Assembly: GCA_964016885.1 (NCBI GenBank)
Contig: OZ024742.1
Coordinates: 138,880,001 to 138,944,000, forward strand
Reading direction: 5' to 3'
Source: Eledone cirrhosa
Taxonomy: Eukaryota
DNA length: 64,000 nucleotides
How positions within the stretch are numbered: position 1 is the first letter of the stretch; the number at the start of each line of letters is the position of its first letter. Shown here in pieces: positions 1 through 12,330 of the stretch. The notes below the pieces were generated by a model. That model did not search any database and was not told the origin of the DNA. It saw only the letters and a program-made list of their open reading frames with translations. The position numbers and the translations under genes are program-made.

Positions 1-1089
1 CGGACTAACCTGGGACTAAATATAGTATATTTGCGCATTTCCTCGGATTTTACCACTTTCAACCTCACATCACGGGTGTGAATATATAATAATCGTTTGG
101 TAACACGTGATGATCTGACGGATGTGGCCGCTTTCCCGACTGCACGCCGGGCGCTCGGGTAGATCAGCCTTCCTTGAGTGCTTGGAAAAATAAATTTCCC
201 CTTCTTTCGGTAAACGAAATTACTCGGAACGGTTGCTTCGCCCTGGGGCCCTGTCAGACTTGGAACCCGCCGCGCCGCCAGCTTTGACCGCCAAATAGTA
301 CCTTTAGATTCTAGCCTTAATCATAACTATTAGCTGTATCATGCCTCCTTCTGCTAGCACTTAACTAAATCGCCTTCCTGTGTGAATTAATAGTAATCGT
401 TTGGTATATACGATGGCCAGCCAGCTGGCGGTGGCAGACTTCCCGCTTACACACCCGACGCCTAAGACAGTTACATTCCTGGAGTGCTCGGAAAAATTAA
501 TTTCCAACTCTTTCGCTAGACGATATTACACGGAACATTGGCACGTAGTTAGGGCAGGGCTGACCGGGGGTCTGCAGTCGTCGCTGGTTATTGACCGCTA
601 AGCAAGGGCTTAATCTTTACTCTATATCCTACCCTGAAAACTTATGGAGACTATCCATAATACACTTAAACTTTTTCATAAAAGCCTCCTTCTGTAAATT
701 CTTTAACTAAATCTCACAACCCAAATCTTAAACCTTATTTTTCTAATTTCATCTTCTAACTCTAAACATAAGTTTAACGTTTCTAATTGTTAACCGAAAT
801 TTCTGTTCACACATTATACCATACAGACGGCCACTATATATGTCTGTTGAAGATATATGTTCTTTGAAAAAACATTCTTCGCGGCAATTTCTAGCACGCA
901 GGATCAGCTTGATTGAGGCATGACCTCAACGCTGACATTTTTCTTTGACACATTATAAGCTTGCGCCCCCTCACCAGATGGTCATAAGCAGATTTAATAA
1001 TCAACACTTGAGGGCGGCCGACCGAGGTAGAAGCTGCCAAATAGTCGGTCGTCCTCTTGTCTCTAATTTCAGCCCCATGGATTTTATCT

Positions 1090-1350
1090 GTTATATTCCT
1101 TTGTTATATTTTGAATACCTGATGATGTCACCGGATTCATACTGAACCCGGTCATTGAAATGATCATAGTATAATAAACCTTTCAAGGATTTACACCAGT
1201 CCAGCCTCCTGTTATTTCATAATAATTAACTCCGTACTCGCACCACCAACTACACAAATGAAGACGGGTCAGTTGCATTACGTTGAGTACTCTCCATAAT
1301 ATTACATCGAGGATGACCATACGGAATGACCAGTTCTATCCAGTGGTGAA
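1090..1350 (+). mobile_element. Short PLE-like terminal-repeat element carrying an HHR
   Basis: Its 3' part (ttaactccgt..gcaccaccaac..ctatccagtggtgaa) recurs at ~5200-5326. Both copies end near (TA)n. Confidence 0.5.
1115..1172 (+). ncRNA. Hammerhead ribozyme motif (type I, minimal, long helix II)
   Basis: ATAC-CTGATGA-[hairpin ACCGG..TTCA tac TGAA..CCGGT]-GAAA-TGATCA (palindromic helix III)-TA-GTAT. Helix I is ATAC/GTAT, and AATAAA follows. The base of helix II is imperfect. Confidence 0.65.
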
Positions 1351-1416
1351 CCAACAAACCTAAATAAATATATTATATATATATATATAACAAATAGTTT
1401 TATCGTTCTATAATAT

Positions 1417-1542
1417 TAATAATATTCGATTCGTTTGCAGTTATACAAACAGCCTCTTAAGCTGTGTGAGTAGAATGACATCGTCATTCTACTCACATAA
1501 CTGCAAACGAATCGAATATTATTATTAATATTCGAAAAACTC

Positions 1543-1545
<3 letters not shown>
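1417..1545. repeat. Fold-back inverted repeat of an element end between (TA)n tracts
   Basis: taataatattcgattcgtttgcagttat / ataactgcaaacgaatcgaatattatta and tgagtagaatgac-atc-gtcattctactca. A related single-orientation copy lies at ~59825-59912. Confidence 0.75.
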
Positions 1546-1573
<28 letters not shown>

Positions 1574-2216
1574 ACGTGTGTGTGTGTGTATGTATACATA
1601 AGACTATGTGTGTTTGTGTATATATGTGGCGGTGTGTGGTGCGTGTGCGTGCGTGCGTGTGTGTGTTTGTGTAAACAAACATATATATATATATATATAT
1701 TTATAAACCCAACACACAAGAACTTGTTTTTTCTTTGAAACAATGCGATGCGTTGTGAAAATATAACTCTAATGGAAGTGAGACGAACGGCGACAAGAGA
1801 GTAAAATGAAAGTGGCGTGTTAAACAGGGCTAGTCAATGCTTGAATTCCTTGTTCTATTTCTAGTTGGTCGTATTTTATGCCTAACTAATGATGTTTGTG
1901 AAGGGAGAGAAGATGAGGTGATGTGTAATAACAGTACATCACAAATTAATCGCACACACGCCTAAACACATGCACGTATGTGCTTAAAGTTATATATATG
2001 ATGCTGCATCTCGATTTCAAGAATTGCCACCACATGATCCCCATCTCAAGCATGGGTGGCACAAACATGACTCTTTAGCCCTTCCAATGACTTACATTCC
2101 TTTTTGCATATGCTGCAGTGATGAAAATTATTTCCACTTTGATTCCCTACATTGTTTTGGTGAGCTTTCATATTACGTTGGGATCCACCGGGTAAGGCAC
2201 ACTGATTTGCACACTT

Positions 2217-4130
2217 TCAACAGGTTGAAAGGCCAAAGAGACCATAAACAACAACATTGTATACGTCGCTTCTATGACGACGTCTAAGATCACTGAGACA
2301 AATCTGACTACACGTATTGCACATAAAGTTATTTTGAGCATCTGAAAATCCCATTAAAGTAATATTGTGCAGACCCTTAACCAGACCCTTCAATAATTTT
2401 TCATGCTCCACACGAGATTTTTCATTTCCTGTTTTCCATGAAACACTGTTTTCCTCCAAGATGAGCGAAGTAATGTGTTCTGATTTTTTACTTTATCAAA
2501 GCTCTTTTCATGTGGTCTTTATACCTGAATTTTGGTTTATGCCTTTAAATAACTTCCCGTTCAGAAACTGCTTAGGAATACAAGAATTTGGTATTCTTAC
2601 GACACGGCCGCTTCGGTGCAATCTATATTGAATACTTTCAAAATGACTTTGTTCCAGGACCTCAACATCAAACATATAGGATTACCATTGGATGCTGTAT
2701 TCAGCAAAGACACTGTTGATGGAAATGTTCAAGCCTTTTTATATTTCTGTGGAAAGTGATCCAAGTTTCACATGCATACAACAACGAAGGCAATATTCAT
2801 GTTCTTTACATCGTTAACTTTGTATCAATTAAAACCCCACGTCGACATCAGAGATTTACCAAATAATCACTTACCTTCTTTAGTCGTTAAAATATTTCAT
2901 CATTAAGGGTGTTTAGCATTTAAACCGGCCGTATCCGGCCAGAATTCTCTCACCTCTTTCTGTTCAAACCAGGTGTAAATGGCCGCTCATATCGATGTTA
3001 ACGTATTGTTCTCAAAATAAATAATATCAAAATCTCATAGATTCGATATTATGTGAGATGATTATGTGTAGTAAAGCCTTTATCATGAAAATATAATAGT
3101 ATATATAGAGTAATGTAAATGCTAAAGGGTAAATCCCCTGCCTAAATACACAAATTTATCCACAACCTTCAATGATTTGCGATGCACATAAATGCTAGGC
3201 TCAGTGAAATCCTTGCTCAGAGCAGATTCCTACGTGACAAATGTAGTCGCGTGACTGATTGTCAGACCAATGCGTTGCATGCTTCCGAAAAAGAATCCAT
3301 CAGGTCCTGCATCAGAGTGAGCAACACGATTGCAATCATCGACATATAAAATGTTTTAAAGAAGTGAACACTTTTGGGGGTTTTAGCAGTAAACAGTTTG
3401 ATATTAAACAACTTAATCGTCGAACGATAATTGATATAACTTCTATGTGTGCAGTCCTCAAATGCCATAAAGAAATACAATGTAAGCAGCGTAGGTGCTG
3501 ATATATCCCCTTGCTTTATTCTAGTTTCAACAAACATTTAATCTGACTTATGTCCACCTATATTTACGCAAGTTTGCATACCATCATGGAAACCTCTCAG
3601 AATTGATACAGGTTTGTCAGGACAACCGAGCTGGGATAGAATATTCCGTATGACAGTCCTATTCAACGTATTAAGAGCCTTTGTCAAGTCAACAAAGGCA
3701 GGATACAAATTCAGTCCCTGTTCAATGCACATCTGTAGTTTACTCGCAGAGATGATCATGTCTGTTGTCATTCAGCCACTTCTAAAGTCACACTGCGACA
3801 CAGGAAGAACATTGATAGTGCTTTTATCAAGCAATCTGTCCAGCATGATCCTACACAACACTTTCCACAACTGACATAAGGGTTATCCCACGATAATTAA
3901 CACAATCATTCTTTACACTTTTCCTTTATAAAGTACCACCATCAATGCGTCTTTCCAGTCTTCGGGGAACGTATCGGGTTTGTAAAAAGTCGAATAATGT
4001 TTTCATTTCTACATTTCAGTATCTCAGCACAAATTACCAGCTTACCAACCATCTCTGGTGACATCCCATTATTGAATTGCTTTGCAGCCACTTCCACTTC
4101 CTGCGATGTATAATTTCTGCTAGTAAATAA
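2217..4130 (-). mobile_element. RTE-clade (BovB-like) LINE remnant, degraded RT
   Basis: Fragments translate to TTDMI..CIEQGLNLYPAFVDLTKA, LGCPDK..ILRGFHDGM, IKQGDISAPTLL and KVVDKFVYLG, with many stops and frameshifts. Confidence 0.8.
2910..3133. mobile_element. Probable MITE inserted in the RTE remnant (piggyBac-like end)
   Basis: Terminal inverted tttagcattt / aaatgctaaa, right end aaagggtaaa. It interrupts the RTE reading frame. Confidence 0.45.
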
Positions 4131-4885
4131 TTGTCTGCTAGTAATGCCAATTAGAAACTTAAAATTAAGTAACCTAACGGTTTACCAACAGCTTAATAAC
4201 GGTTAATACATGCCTAGAAAAGATAATTTACTGATAAAAAATGCATAAGATAATATACCTAGAATAACAACATGGCCAGTAATTCGGAGGAATTTACATT
4301 TAACAAACAAAGACCGATTGACTATAAACGACTCAAAATAATCCCATGGTTAATAGCTGTGAGTAACAAACAACACATGCACATAAATACGAAGTACAAC
4401 ACAAAAACACTTAAATGAAAATCACATACCGAACTCTATCTAGTGCTTTACATTACACCTTACATAACAAATACCTACATTATCACCACATGCTTCTCTA
4501 ACAAATTGCACACTATCTTAAATGTTTATAACAAATATAACATGATTTAACACCCCACACAAGATATGTTTATTTCAACTGCATTATAACTCTTTCCTCA
4601 TACATGCATTATTGACTGTATTGACTCCTGCATTGTGCACGAATTGTCCTTGTTTATAACTTCTTTCCCTGTGTTTTTTTGCTTGTGATTTTTTTATTGT
4701 GCTTTTTACTTTTACTTATACCTATTACACTTCCAACCAGTGCTGCCTGTAATTGTGTTATTTCAAGCGGAACATCTTTTTAACTCCTGAATCTCCACAT
4801 GATGCCTTTGACACTAATAACAACTATGTACCCTAAATGTTCTAAATGGCTGGGATTCTAGTTACACGTTTTCGACATTCCTTAT

Positions 4886-4930
4886 GCTCCGATGATTCCA
4901 GACTTCCCTCTGGAAGAAACAATTGTCAGC
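4886..4930 (+). ncRNA. Hammerhead ribozyme motif with CCGAUGA (U4C) core
   Basis: GCT-CCGATGA-TTCCAGA cttccc TCTGGAA-GAAA-CAATTG-TC-AGC-TAATAAA. Perfect 7-bp helix II, palindromic helix III, GUC cleavage triplet. Confidence 0.75.
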
Positions 4931-5056
4931 TAATAAATGTTCTAAACTAAAATTTGATCGTTTTAACACTTTGTATCTCGGCTCTATAAAACACTTGAAA
5001 ATTTGGATTGAGTCTTTTGTCATACCGGTAACTGGCTAGTACTTAGTACTACCCTA

Positions 5057-5058
5057 CA

Positions 5059-5138
<80 letters not shown>

Positions 5139-5323
5139 GTTCATTGCTTTTCCTGCTATTTCATCATGGTTTACTGTGACTTTATTCAATAATATTTTAA
5201 TATTTAACTCCGTTCACGCACCACCAACAGAATCTTATACCAAAGATGGTTGAGTTACGTTAAGTGCTTTTCCTACAGTCGCATCACGATTATCTATACG
5301 GAATAACCATTTCTATCCAGTGG

Positions 5324-5388
<65 letters not shown>

Positions 5389-5554
5389 TGTATATATTAA
5401 ATGTATATATTGAGTTAGGAACTCAAAATAGTCTCTTACAACAAAATAACTCTAAGAAAGAGATATTTCTGAGCCGTATATTATAATAGAATAGAAAAGA
5501 AAAACGAACACAGATATATAGATATATGTGTTCAAATCGTAAGGGACGTTTTAT

Positions 5555-5625
<71 letters not shown>

Positions 5626-5648
5626 ATTATTATTATTATTATTATTAA
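5057..5648. repeat. (TA)n and (ATT)n microsatellite cluster with short element ends
   Basis: Three (TA)n runs and an (ATT)n run separated by 150-200 bp inserts. Confidence 0.9.
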
Positions 5649-5731
5649 ATAAAGTACCAGTAATACACTGGGTAATTGCTGGCCTTGTGCTAAAAGTAGA
5701 AACAATTATTATTATTATTATTATTATTATT
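5648..5731 (+). mobile_element. SINE 3' fragment with (ATT)n tail
   Basis: aaataaagtaccagtaatacactggg…gtagaaacaattattatt matches the 3' end of the full SINE copies. Confidence 0.85.
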
Positions 5732-5936
5732 GGTCTAAGCGGACGTATTTTGCTCGCTCACAGTAAGTCGCTTTATTTGCCTGTTAAAATTATTTGTTGT
5801 TAAATAATTCTTGTTGTGTAAGGGATATAAGCCCTTAGACTTTGCCCCGTGAAGGGGAACGTATAATATTTGGGCCTTTTGGCCCAAATATTTGAACTTT
5901 TTTTACATGTTAAAAAATTTACGAAGAAAAAAAAAC

Positions 5937-7928
5937 ATGACTGAGCCACGCCCCCCAGCGATATGTCGGCTGTCGTGCGACAACGACGTAGAATTTGAGA
6001 GGAGCGCTACAGCGAAATTAACACACATTGATAACACAAACACCCCCACAAACAAGGTAAACAAAGACACTAATGATACCAATAAGAACTCTAATTTTGA
6101 AAAAAATGACAACGAAAATACAGATAACAAAAAAAAAAAAACAAATACAACAACAATATCAACACCACTAACATGAAAACAAATAGCGACAACACCAACA
6201 GCAACAATACCAACTGCACCGAGAACAACGGTGGCAACAAAGACAACAATGATAACAGCGACAGTGCTAACAACAACACCAACAAGAACAACGACAACAA
6301 TACCCCCAACGAAAACAAGAAGAACACTTTCGCTGCGGCAGCAGCAAAAAAGAGGCCATGCTTCAACATGGACCTCTCAAACAAAGATGTAATGTTGGCC
6401 CGGGCATGGAAGCTCATCAAGCAAAAGCAAACCTGGGCCAACTTAACTGTCCCGGTAGAAGCTATTGAGGCAGTGGAGCGCAGAACGGTGCATTATAGAT
6501 GCATCTCAGCACAAACCAAAAGGGCAGCTCTAATCCCACAAGAAGATGTCGAAGTCGCGCTGAGGTGCATCAGAGAAGACACCCAGTACATAGAGAGGGG
6601 CAGACAGTACGGCACCATTTCGGTGTTGTTCAAGTCAGAAGCCCTCGCTATGAAACACGCTATGACTCCTTGCAAAACCAGCAAGGTCATAATGTACCCC
6701 TCCCACATGGGAAAAAGAACGGCCCGTCTCCGCATTCCCAGAATCCCACCAGCACTTGACATGTGGTGGCTTCTGGGATGTGTGATTGTGGAGGGGACGG
6801 ATACCGTCCCTATAGAAGTGACCAGAACGGCCAGAGAGGACTGGTCCGGGGTTGACCTGGAGATCTTTCTCCAGATCAGGCCCGAGAATGTGAAGACAAT
6901 TCCGGACCACATCCGCCTTCAGAATGGGACGGTCATTCACATTATGACCGAAGGCAAAAGGCCGCAGTGTTTTGTTTGTGGGGAAAAACCCATTTGCGAG
7001 CCTTCTGCCCTCAACTACTGAAAGAGGCAAGGGGTCGAAAGGCTCCACTGCTGCCGACGCCGGTGCGAGGACCACAACCAACACCAGCACCGGCAAAACC
7101 ACCAACAACAACACCAATAGAAAGACCACCACCAACATTGACCACCCAGGGGGGAAACGAGGAAAGCTGTCAAATTCCCCCTCCCCCCCCCCCCAATACA
7201 CACACCAATAAAACCATAAACATACATACAGACACACTTACAGACATAGACCCCTCATCTACCAGTAGTGAAAATGAGGGAAAACCAAAATGCCCCAAAA
7301 TACAAAAAAGGAAACACAAAAAGAAAAAAAAAACTCAACAAAGCACAAAAGCACCCACAATAAAAAACGCAGACACCACCCACAATAAAAAACGCAGACA
7401 CCACCCACGCAAACATCTCTCCAATAACACCAACATCAACACCACCATCACCATCACCAGAATCCCCCAAACGCAAACAACCGAAACAGACGCAAGAACA
7501 AATATACATACAAACATCTGAAACCACAGACACCGCACTCACAACAAACACAGATACAACCGAAACAACACCACCAAACCATCACCACTACAGCCATGCA
7601 AACAAATAAAATCACACCAACAAAACATACAAAACTTCGTGCTCGTCAGGAGGGCCAACAATGAACTGATGGCCCTTGTAGCACGAAGTGAAAATATACA
7701 AAAAGAGGGGGAAAGTTTTAAATCGAGCACATTTCGCGTGCCGGAAGATTTGGTTCTGGTGTGAATGTCGCTCGACATATTCAAAGAAATACGAGACAGC
7801 TTTCCTCGGGACGTGGGAACCTCGAACGTAAAACCCACTTCAAGACTTTAAAGGGGTTCCCAAAAGAAACCCCACCAACTATGGAGGTCGAACAACCCAA
7901 CCTTCACAAGAGCCCGGAATGTAAGTAA
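5937..7928 (+). pseudogene. Tx1 ORF1 (gag-like, CCHC zinc knuckle), frameshifted
   Basis: MTEPRPPAICRLSCDND…, an Asn/Thr low-complexity region, and CFVCGEK/THLRAFC knuckle split by a frameshift. Homologous to ORF1 of copy 2. Confidence 0.8.
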
Positions 7929-7959
7929 ACATTCCTCTCTCTCTGTTTAACCTGCCAAC

Positions 7960-10900
7960 ATGGCCGTATTAAGAGTAGGATGTTTAAATGTTCGAGGCCT
8001 GGGATCGTCCTGAAAGCAGGGTCACCTGCTCAACGACCTCAGGTCTAATGGATGTAATTGAAGTCAGCGAGACCAGGATTTCCGACACAGGCGCACTAGC
8101 CCCCATTTTCGACGTCTATCAGATCTTTGCATGTTAGCCGGCCGGGAATGGGAGGCGGGGTGGAAGTGCTGTTTAGGAAAAGCCTGGATCTCGAGGTAAG
8201 GTCGATCTTCCGGGACCCGGACGGGAAGTTGGTGGTCCTAGACGTGAACAATAACGAAGGTGGTGCCTTTAGACTGGTGGCCGTCTATGCTCCTACTGGG
8301 GCAGGACGGCCGGACTTCTTTAGACGCCTGGAAGCCTTTCTGGGTACGTCTCGCCTTTTACTGTTAGCGGGGGTCTGGAACGGCATCTTAGATGCACGCT
8401 GGGACTGTGTGGGAGTATCCTATAGGAGCGGGGGGTGCAAAAGCCTCAAGAACCTGATCAGCCAGTTCCAACTGTCTGACAGGTACCGACTAGATTTCCC
8501 TAATGCGCCAGTGTGGACCTGGGCTAACCGCATAGGGTCATCTAGATCGTATATAGACAGGATCTTCATTAGGAAAATAGACAGAAATAGTGTAAGCTGT
8601 CCACGTTTTGAAACGGTCGCCTATTCAGATCACAAGTTTGTGATCTGTCTGGTCGACCTAGATAAGACGCGTAGGTTAGGACCTGGTTACTGGAAGCTAA
8701 ACATATCATTTCCGGCACGTAAGGCTTACAGGGACCAGGTCAACAATTTAGTTAAGAAAAAGTTGACTGGGGAGTCGTCAACAATAGATGGTGGGGGGCT
8801 CTCAAAAGAGAGATTAGAGTAATGTCGATAGAGTTTAGCAAAGAAGTAGCGTTAGAGAAAAATAGAAAGGAGGGGGAGTTGGTAGATAAGTTAGACGAGG
8901 CTATTGGTAGTGGCATTGCAACTGACGTGCTAGCGGCGAGAATGGCATTAGACCATTTCTTCAATGCGAAACACGAAGGTTGCATTGTCAGAGCTAAGGC
9001 GCGTGCTCTGAGAAACGAGGGAACCAAAGCTGTTCGATGGGCCCGCGTGGCAGAGGCGCAGCGTGGTAATAAAACCACGATTCGGTCTTTGACGGACCGA
9101 GACGGGCACGAGCTGAACGATTCCAAGAGGATGTGTGAGGCCTTTCGCCAACATTTTGCTCGGTTGTTCGGGGGAAGTGGCGGGTCAGAGATGGTGGTGG
9201 ACTTCAGTCCCTACCTCGATGGCTTGCCGCAACTCTCGACGGCAGACGCTGGGCGCTGCGAAAGGCCAATTACTTCAGCCGAGATTCAGGATGCCCTTGT
9301 CGGCTGCATGAGGCGCAAGTCACCCGGTTTGGATGGTCTGCCCTACGAGCTTTACGTAAATATGCTAGACTTGTTCTCCCATCTCCTCGAAACCCTCTAC
9401 TGCAACTGGCAGCAAAACGAGAGTATTTCCAGTTCTGTGAGCCGGGGCGTAGTGACGCTGATAAGTAAAGTTGAGAATAAGAGGGACACATTAGACAATT
9501 TCAGGCCCATAACTCTGCTCAACACAGAGTTTAAGATTTTGGCCAGGGTGTTAGCGAAGAGGCTGGCGCTTGTCGTCGGGGATTTGGTTCAGGGGGCGCA
9601 AACTTGTGCAATCCCAACCAGGTCCATACACGACAACCTCCACCTAATGCGATACATCATAGAGAGGGTAGGGTGTGAACCTGGCTTCGGTGGGGCTCTG
9701 ATCAATTTAGATCAATCGAAAGCATTCGATAGGGTCGACCATCGGTACCTGGAGGCTGTCCTCAAGGCGGCTGGCTTCGGCCCCGTCTTCAGAGTCTGGA
9801 TCGCTGCAATGCACAGCGGCACCTGCTCGATGGTCAAAATTAATGGCCACTTCTCGGAACCGTTTCAGGTTTCCCGATCGGTCCGTCAAGCGTGCCCTCT
9901 CTCCTCCCTTCTGTACGTATTGACTCTCGAGCCTTTACTGCGGAAGCTGGAGCTGTTGCAGGGCATCCCGCTCGAACCGGGACGCGGAAAGGCTGTGTCA
10001 GCTTATGCGGAAGACATCACCGTGATGGTGTCGGACACCTCAGAAATCGAGGTGGTCGGCAACTTATTGGAGGAATATGAAAGGTTGACGGGAGCAAAAC
10101 TTAACCCGGAAAAGTCGGTGGGCTTGCATCTCGGCACCTGGAGAGGCAAGTCCATGCCGTCCAACAGCGTCGTTAGGCGCTGGACGGACGGACCGGTAAA
10201 GTTGCTAGGGGTTTGGTTCGGGCCAGACCTCCAGGTGGATAAGAATTGGGACGAGGTGATGGGCAGGGTAGCCAGTCTCACGCAGAAATGGGCTGGGATG
10301 AAGCTATCACTGAAAGGTCGGGCGTCCGTCATCTACTACCGTCTGACCGTCGTCCCTAGCCCCCGTTTGCGCCTCCCCATCCTGGAGCGGCTCCTCTTCA
10401 AATTCTTGTGGAGGGGTCAGGTTCCGCTGGTGAGGCGGTCCATCTGCTGCCAGCACCCTCTTCGTGGAGGGCTGGGCATGCCGTGGCTAATGATGCGCAG
10501 GCACGCGCTGAGGCTGCGGCATCTCCAGATATTCTGCCTAAACGGTGAACAGGTGTGGTCGCCGTTTGTCAGACGGGCCGTTCCGCAGCTCGTTTCTTTG
10601 ACTGAGCTGCAGTCCTGGGTCAAGAAGAGACCGAGACTGGGTGACTGGCATCTGGAATGTTGCCAGGCACTCACTGCCCTCTACCAGGAGGGCAATGCGG
10701 TCAGTGGAACTTCCACTCTCGAGTTTTTTCGAGGATTAGTGGTGTGCAAGTGCGACGAGGCAGTCGGAGAGGCTCTGGGTGTCAACGAAGTCGAACTAAC
10801 CAGTCTGTACCGGAGGACTTTCGAGCCGGGGACGATGAATAATTTCCAAAAATCCCTCGCTTGGCAGTGCTACCGGCGGGGGGGGGGGGGGGGGCACTGC

Positions 10901-11345
10901 CGGTTCGAGATAAATTCTACAGGCGCGGAAGTGCTGTCAGACGGACCTGCCCGAGATGCGCGCAGAGCGCCGAAACCGTTCTGCACGCACCGTCCAGTGT
11001 CCGTGTATTACTGACTTGTGGAGTTATGTTTAACAGCTGTTGTCTCGTGTAGAACGGATCCGGCTATCGGCCGAGTCCATAGTGAAGATCGACCCGCCGC
11101 CTTCTTTTGGCCAGGAAGGGCAGGCAATTTTCCTCTGTCTGGTGGCAGTAGCGAAAGAGGTTGTATGGTGGACGAGGTTGAAAGGACTGAAGACAGACAC
11201 TTTTCTCTTCGGCCAATCCCTCATCAACTTTTTCAAGTTTCACTTGGAAAGGAAGGTGAGGGTGGAGAGAGAAGTGCTTCCCCCCCCCCCCCAGTACATT
11301 TGCTGAACGGTGGGTGAAAGCGGCAAGAATGGCCCGTGTGAGTCA
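7960..11345 (+). pseudogene. Tx1 ORF2 (APE endonuclease + reverse transcriptase + C-terminal Cys motif), disrupted
   Basis: MAVLRVGCLNVRGL, VYAP, SYIDR, YSDH, PGYWKLN, KSPGLDGL, FRPITLLN, LDQSKAFDRVDH and CPRC. The catalytic motif reads YAED instead of YADD, and there are frameshifts. Confidence 0.92.
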
Positions 11346-11513
11346 TCCTCCCTATTGGGGAATTTTTTCTTCTTGTAATTTTATTGTTACTTTATTGTTA
11401 TTCATGTTGTTTATTCGATTTTTCTGTAAAACCCCACTGTCCCAGTCTTTTGTATTGTCCCCTATATGTCGGCCCTTGTGGCCAATAAATGAAATCATTA
11501 TTATTATTATTAT

Positions 11514-11718
11514 TAGGGCGGTGGATTGGCAGTATCGGTAGAGGGTCGGACGCCATGCTTTGACGCATAGTGTTACGGCCCTTGCCATTCTGAGTTCAAA
11601 TCCCGCCGAGGTTAACTTTGCCTTTCATCCTTACGGGGTCGATAAAATAAAGTACCAGTAATGTACTGGGTAATTTCTGGCCTTGTGCCAATAGTAGAAA
11701 CAATTATTATTATTATTA
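11514..11718 (+). mobile_element. tRNA-derived SINE (major family), full length
   Basis: A-box-like tggcagtatcggtag, B-box gagttcaaatcc, core gcctttcatccttacggggtcgataaaataaagtacc, and an (ATT)n tail. Confidence 0.9.
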
Positions 11719-12052
11719 TCAGGGAAAATAGTGTGAACCAGACGCGGCTGTGGTGTTTCTACGTACTACTAAATCGTAGTGTGAGGTGTTAAACATATGT
11801 GTAGCCTTATCTTAGAATCGGTAAAGATTTCTTTATTTGATGGCAAGCAGGAGATTCTTCCACTGGTATTTGAAAAGTCATGTGCGATGGTGTGTGTGTG
11901 TGTGTATTCCTATATGTAGATGCTGCATTAGCTTGCCTGTGGCTAAGTTGGTGTGTGTGTATATTCCTGTAAGTGAATGTTGCATTAACTTCTCTGTAGC
12001 CAAGTTGAATAAAACATTAAAAAAAATTATGATACTTAGGTTAGTGTTGTGG

Positions 12053-12330
12053 TGGCGCGTGGCCTAGTGGTAAGGTTGTTGGACTTACCATCATAATGTC
12101 GGCGTTCGATTCCTTGACTGGGTTGCCAGTTGTGTTCTTAAGCAAAACACTTCATTTCACGTTGCTCCAGTATACTCAGCTGAAAATGAGTACCAGCTAT
12201 AGTTGGGGGGTTAACCCTACGATGGACTAGCGTCCTGTCCAACGCGTAGTCTTGTATTCTCAATCGCTTTATGCCATGAAACTGGGAAAAACACCGGCGT
12301 AATGAGCCGTCTGGCATATGACAGACTTTT
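12053..12330 (+). mobile_element. Second tRNA-derived SINE family
   Basis: tggcctagtggtaagg…gttcgattcc head, then gcaaaacacttcatttcacgttgctccag…aaaatgagtacc. Confidence 0.7.

Larger units (their letters stand above)
5732..11496 (+). mobile_element. L1/Tx1-clade LINE copy 1, near full length, disrupted
   Basis: 5'UTR, ORF1 and ORF2 (APE+RT), with a 3'UTR ending gccaataaatgaaatc. Flanked on both sides by (ATT)n. Confidence 0.93.

Noticed and set aside
5732-5900. HDV-like ribozyme at the Tx1 5' end (GGTCTAA can pair with TTAGACT at ~5835)
   Set aside because: L3 and P1.1 do not fit the HDV consensus, and the pairing partner is absent in copy 2.
11514-11610. tRNA gene
   Set aside because: A and B boxes are present, but the sequence continues into the SINE body in more than 20 copies and gives no full cloverleaf.
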